Shown: positions 60,199 through 64,000 of the stretch, piece by piece
Layout: the number at the start of each line of letters is the position of its first letter
How positions within the stretch are numbered: the first letter of the stretch is position 1
Source: the human T2T-CHM13v2.0 reference genome, Homo sapiens
Direction: 5' to 3' (one strand)
Assembly (NCBI RefSeq): GCF_009914755.1
Contig: NC_060930.1
DNA: 64,000 bases
Position numbers and translations under genes: made by a program
Notes under the pieces: model-generated
The model's input: only the letters and a program-made list of their open reading frames with translations
What the model was told of the DNA's origin: nothing
Databases searched by the model: none

Positions 60199-62518
60199 TG
60201 ATATAGTTTGGAAGTTGACCCCTCTAACTCTCTTGTTGAATTGTAATTTCCAGTGCTGGAGGTGGAACCTGGTAGGAGGTGACTGCATCATTGGTGCAGA
60301 TTTCTCATGAATGGTTTAGCCCCATCCACTTGATGCTGTCCTTGTGATGGTGCGTGCTCATGAGGTTTGCCTGTTTACAAGTATATGGCTTCTTCCTTCA
60401 CTCTCTCTTACTCTTGATTCTCACTATGTGAGACATCGGGTTCCTTTGCCTTCCACCATGATTGTAAGCTTTCCGAGGCCTCACCGGAAGCTGAGCAGAT
60501 GCCTGGGACTGTGCTGCTTGTACAGCCTATAGAACCATAAGCCAATTAAGCCTCTTTATATATTACCCAGCCTCAGGTATTTTTTGCAATATAAGGATGG
60601 CCTGCCACAGAAAATTGGTACTGAGGAGTGGAGCATTGCTATATAGCTACTTGAAAAGCCAGAGTCTCTTCCTCCAAACAACCACCCTAGTGCCCCAGCA
60701 AGGGTTCTTAACCAGGCTGAAATGGCTGAAATGACAGAAGTAGAATTCAGAATATGGATAGGAACAAAAATCATCGAGATTCAGGAGAAAAGTCAAAACC
60801 CAATCCAAGAAATCTAAGGATTACAATAAAATGATACAGAAGCTGATAGATGAAATGGGCATTATAAGAAAGAACCAAACTGATCTGATAGAGCTGAAAA
60901 AGACACTACAAGAATTTCATAATGCAATCACGAGTATTACCAGCAGAATAGACCAAGCTGAGAAAAGAATCTCAGAGCTCAAAGATTGGCTCACTGAACT
61001 AAAACAAAAAGAATGAACAAAACCTCCAAGAAATAGGGGATTATGTAAAGGAAACCAAAGGGGAAGAAAGCAAGCAACGTGGAAAACATATTTCAGGATA
61101 TTGTTCATGAAATTTCCCCAACCTCACTAGAATGGCCAACATTCAAACTGAGGAAATGCCCTGGGAGATACTTCACAAGAAGACCATACCTGAGGCACAT
61201 AGGCATAAGATTTTCCAAGGTTGAAATGAAAGAAAAAAATGTAAAAGCAGCCATAGAGAAGGGGCTGCCCAGCCTTGGGACACTGCTCAGCTCTAAAGGG
61301 CCCAAGTAAGGCATGGGGTGCCACTTGTGCAGGGCACAAGCCATAAGCCTTGGTGGCTAACACGTGTTGTTAAGCCTGCAGGTGTGGAGAGTGCAAGGGT
61401 GAAGGAGGTTTGGCAACCTCCACCTAGATTTCAGAGGATGTATGAGAAAGCCTGAGTAACCAGGCAGAAGCCTGCTGCAGAGATGGAGCCCTCACAGAGA
61501 ACCTCTACTAAGCCAGTATGGGGGGGAAATGTGGGGTTGGAGGCCCAACAGAGTCCCCACTGGGGTGCTCCTCAGAGAGCTGGGGGAAGGGGGCCACTGT
61601 CTTCCAGACCCCAAAATGGTTGATCCTCCAATAGCTTGCACTCTGTGCCTGCAAAAGCTGCAAGCACTAAACTCCAACCCTTTACCCTGCAAAGTCACAG
61701 AGGCAGAGCTTCCCAAGGCTTTGGGAGCCCACTCCTTATACCAATGTGCTCTTGTGAGGCACAAGGTAAGACATGGAGTCAAAGAAGGTTATTTGGGATA
61801 TTTAAAAAAAGACTGCACTGCTGTATTTCAGACTTGGATGGGGCCTGCAGCCTCTTTTGGCTAATTTCTCTTGTTTGGAATGGTAATATTTATCCAATAT
61901 CTGCACCCCCATTGTATCTTGGGAGTAAATACCTTGTTTGGATTTTAAAGGCTTATAGGTGGAAGAGACCTGCCTTGTCTCAGAAGGCCTTTGTACTTTT
62001 GAATGATGCTGGAATTAGTTAAGATTTTTGGGAGAATATTGGCAGAGGACGATTGTATTTTGCAATGTGAGAATATGAGATTTGAGATGCTGGGGCAGAA
62101 TGATACAGTTTGCATGTGGTCTCCTCTAAAACTCATGTTGAATTATAATCCCCACTGTTTGTTGGAGGTAGGACATGGTGGGAGATAACTGGATCATTGG
62201 GGCAGATTTCTCATCAATGTTTTAGTGCCATCCACTTGGTGCTGTCCTTGTGATAGTGAGTTCTCACAATATCTAGATGCTTAAGTGTAGCATCTTCCCC
62301 CTCATTCTCTTCTGCTCTTGCTATGTGAGATGCCAGGTCCCCCGTTGGCTTCTGCCATCATTGCAAGTTACCTGAGGCCTCACCAGAAGCTGAGCAGATG
62401 CCTTGCACCATGCTTCTTGTACAACTTGCAGAATTGTGAACCAATTAAACCTTTTTACCTTATAAATTATCCAGTCGCAGGTATTTCTTTATAGCAAATT
62501 AGAGAATAGGTTAACACA
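60199..62518 (+). mobile_element. MST(A-like) MaLR element with both LTRs (60199-~60608 and 62101-62518) and partial internal region
   Basis: Two similar TG...CA LTRs (gatttctcat, cctcaccagaagctgagcagatgcc, ccaattaa); MST internal text gaaaattggtactgaggagtgg; 5-bp near-TSD gagaa / gaaaa. Confidence 0.88.
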
Positions 62519-63332
62519 GAAAAAGTTGAATTCACTATTATAGTTGGAGACTTCAACACTCCTCTATCAGAATGAAGAGATCCATCAAGCAGAAAATCAG
62601 GAAGTCAACAGAGAAAATTGATGAAACCAAAAGCTGGTTTTTGAAAAATTGATAAAATCAGTAAACCTCTGTCAAGCCAGACTGAGAGAGACAAAAATTA
62701 ATATCAGAGATGAAAGAGGGGATATCACTGTAAATCCCATGGACGTAACAAAGGTAATAAAGGAGTATCACAATTGTATGCCTACAAATTTGATAACCTA
62801 CATGACGAAGAAGTCCTTGAAACACAACCTGCCAAAACTCACACCAGAAGAAATAGATACTCCAAATAACACCTGTATCTATTTTAAAAATTGAATCTAT
62901 TGCCTTCCCAAACAGAAAATGCTAGACTGAGGTGGGTTCACTGGTGAATTCTAAAAACGATACCAATTCTGTAGAAACTCTTTCAGAAGGTAGAAGCAGA
63001 GGGAATTCTTCCCAACTCATCCTATGAGGCCTAAAACCAAAACCAGACAAAAATATCACGAGAAAACTACAAACCAGTGTCTTTAATTAACATAGATGTA
63101 AAAATCCTCAATAAAGTATTAGCAAATCCAATTCAACAATGTATAAGAATTATACACCAGGATCAAGAGGGATTCATCCCAGATACGCAAGGCTGGTTCA
63201 GATATTGAAAATGAACTAATAGAATCTATCACATAAAGAAACTCAAGAAAAATCATATGATCACATCAATAGATCCAGAAAAATATGACAAAATCCAAAA
63301 CCCATTCATGATAAAAATTTTCCATAAACTAG

Positions 63333-63800
<468 letters not shown>

Positions 63801-64000
63801 TCAACATCCTAATGGAAGTCCTGGTTAATGCAATAAAACAAGAAAAGGAAATAAAAAGTACACTACTTGGGAAAGGACATATAACATTAACATTGTCTCT
63901 GCTAGCTGATGACATGATCATTCATGTAGAAAATCCAAAAGAATTGATTACAAATCTCCTGGAACCTATATGCAATTACAGCAAGGTTGCAGGATACAAG

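Overview
Primate (very probably human) genomic DNA, AT-rich and repeat-dense, containing the complete HSF2 (heat shock transcription factor 2) gene on the + strand. I traced 13 coding exons by hand, all with GT-AG introns and consistent phases. They total 1611 nt = 536 aa + stop (HSF2-alpha); skipping the 54-nt exon 11 gives the 518-aa beta form. A CpG-island promoter lies at ~21.6-22.6 kb and the 3'UTR carries several AATAAA signals. The ~21 kb upstream and ~8.5 kb downstream are mostly decayed L1, Alu, L2, MIR, MaLR LTR and hAT MITE elements. Nearly all other ORFs in the track are repeat-derived or compositional artefacts. I see no evidence of a new multi-gene system. The best leads are: (i) two routes to C-terminally truncated HSF2 (intron-7 polyadenylation, and a strong upstream acceptor before the last exon), (ii) a stop-free, Ala-rich 5' leader in frame with the ATG, with CTG codons and an exact 12-bp duplication, (iii) RFX X-box motifs upstream and in intron 1, (iv) non-canonical L1 integrations, a 54-bp locally templated duplication and an inverted Alu pair only 27 bp apart. 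Repeat subfamily names are by eye and repeat boundaries are approximate.
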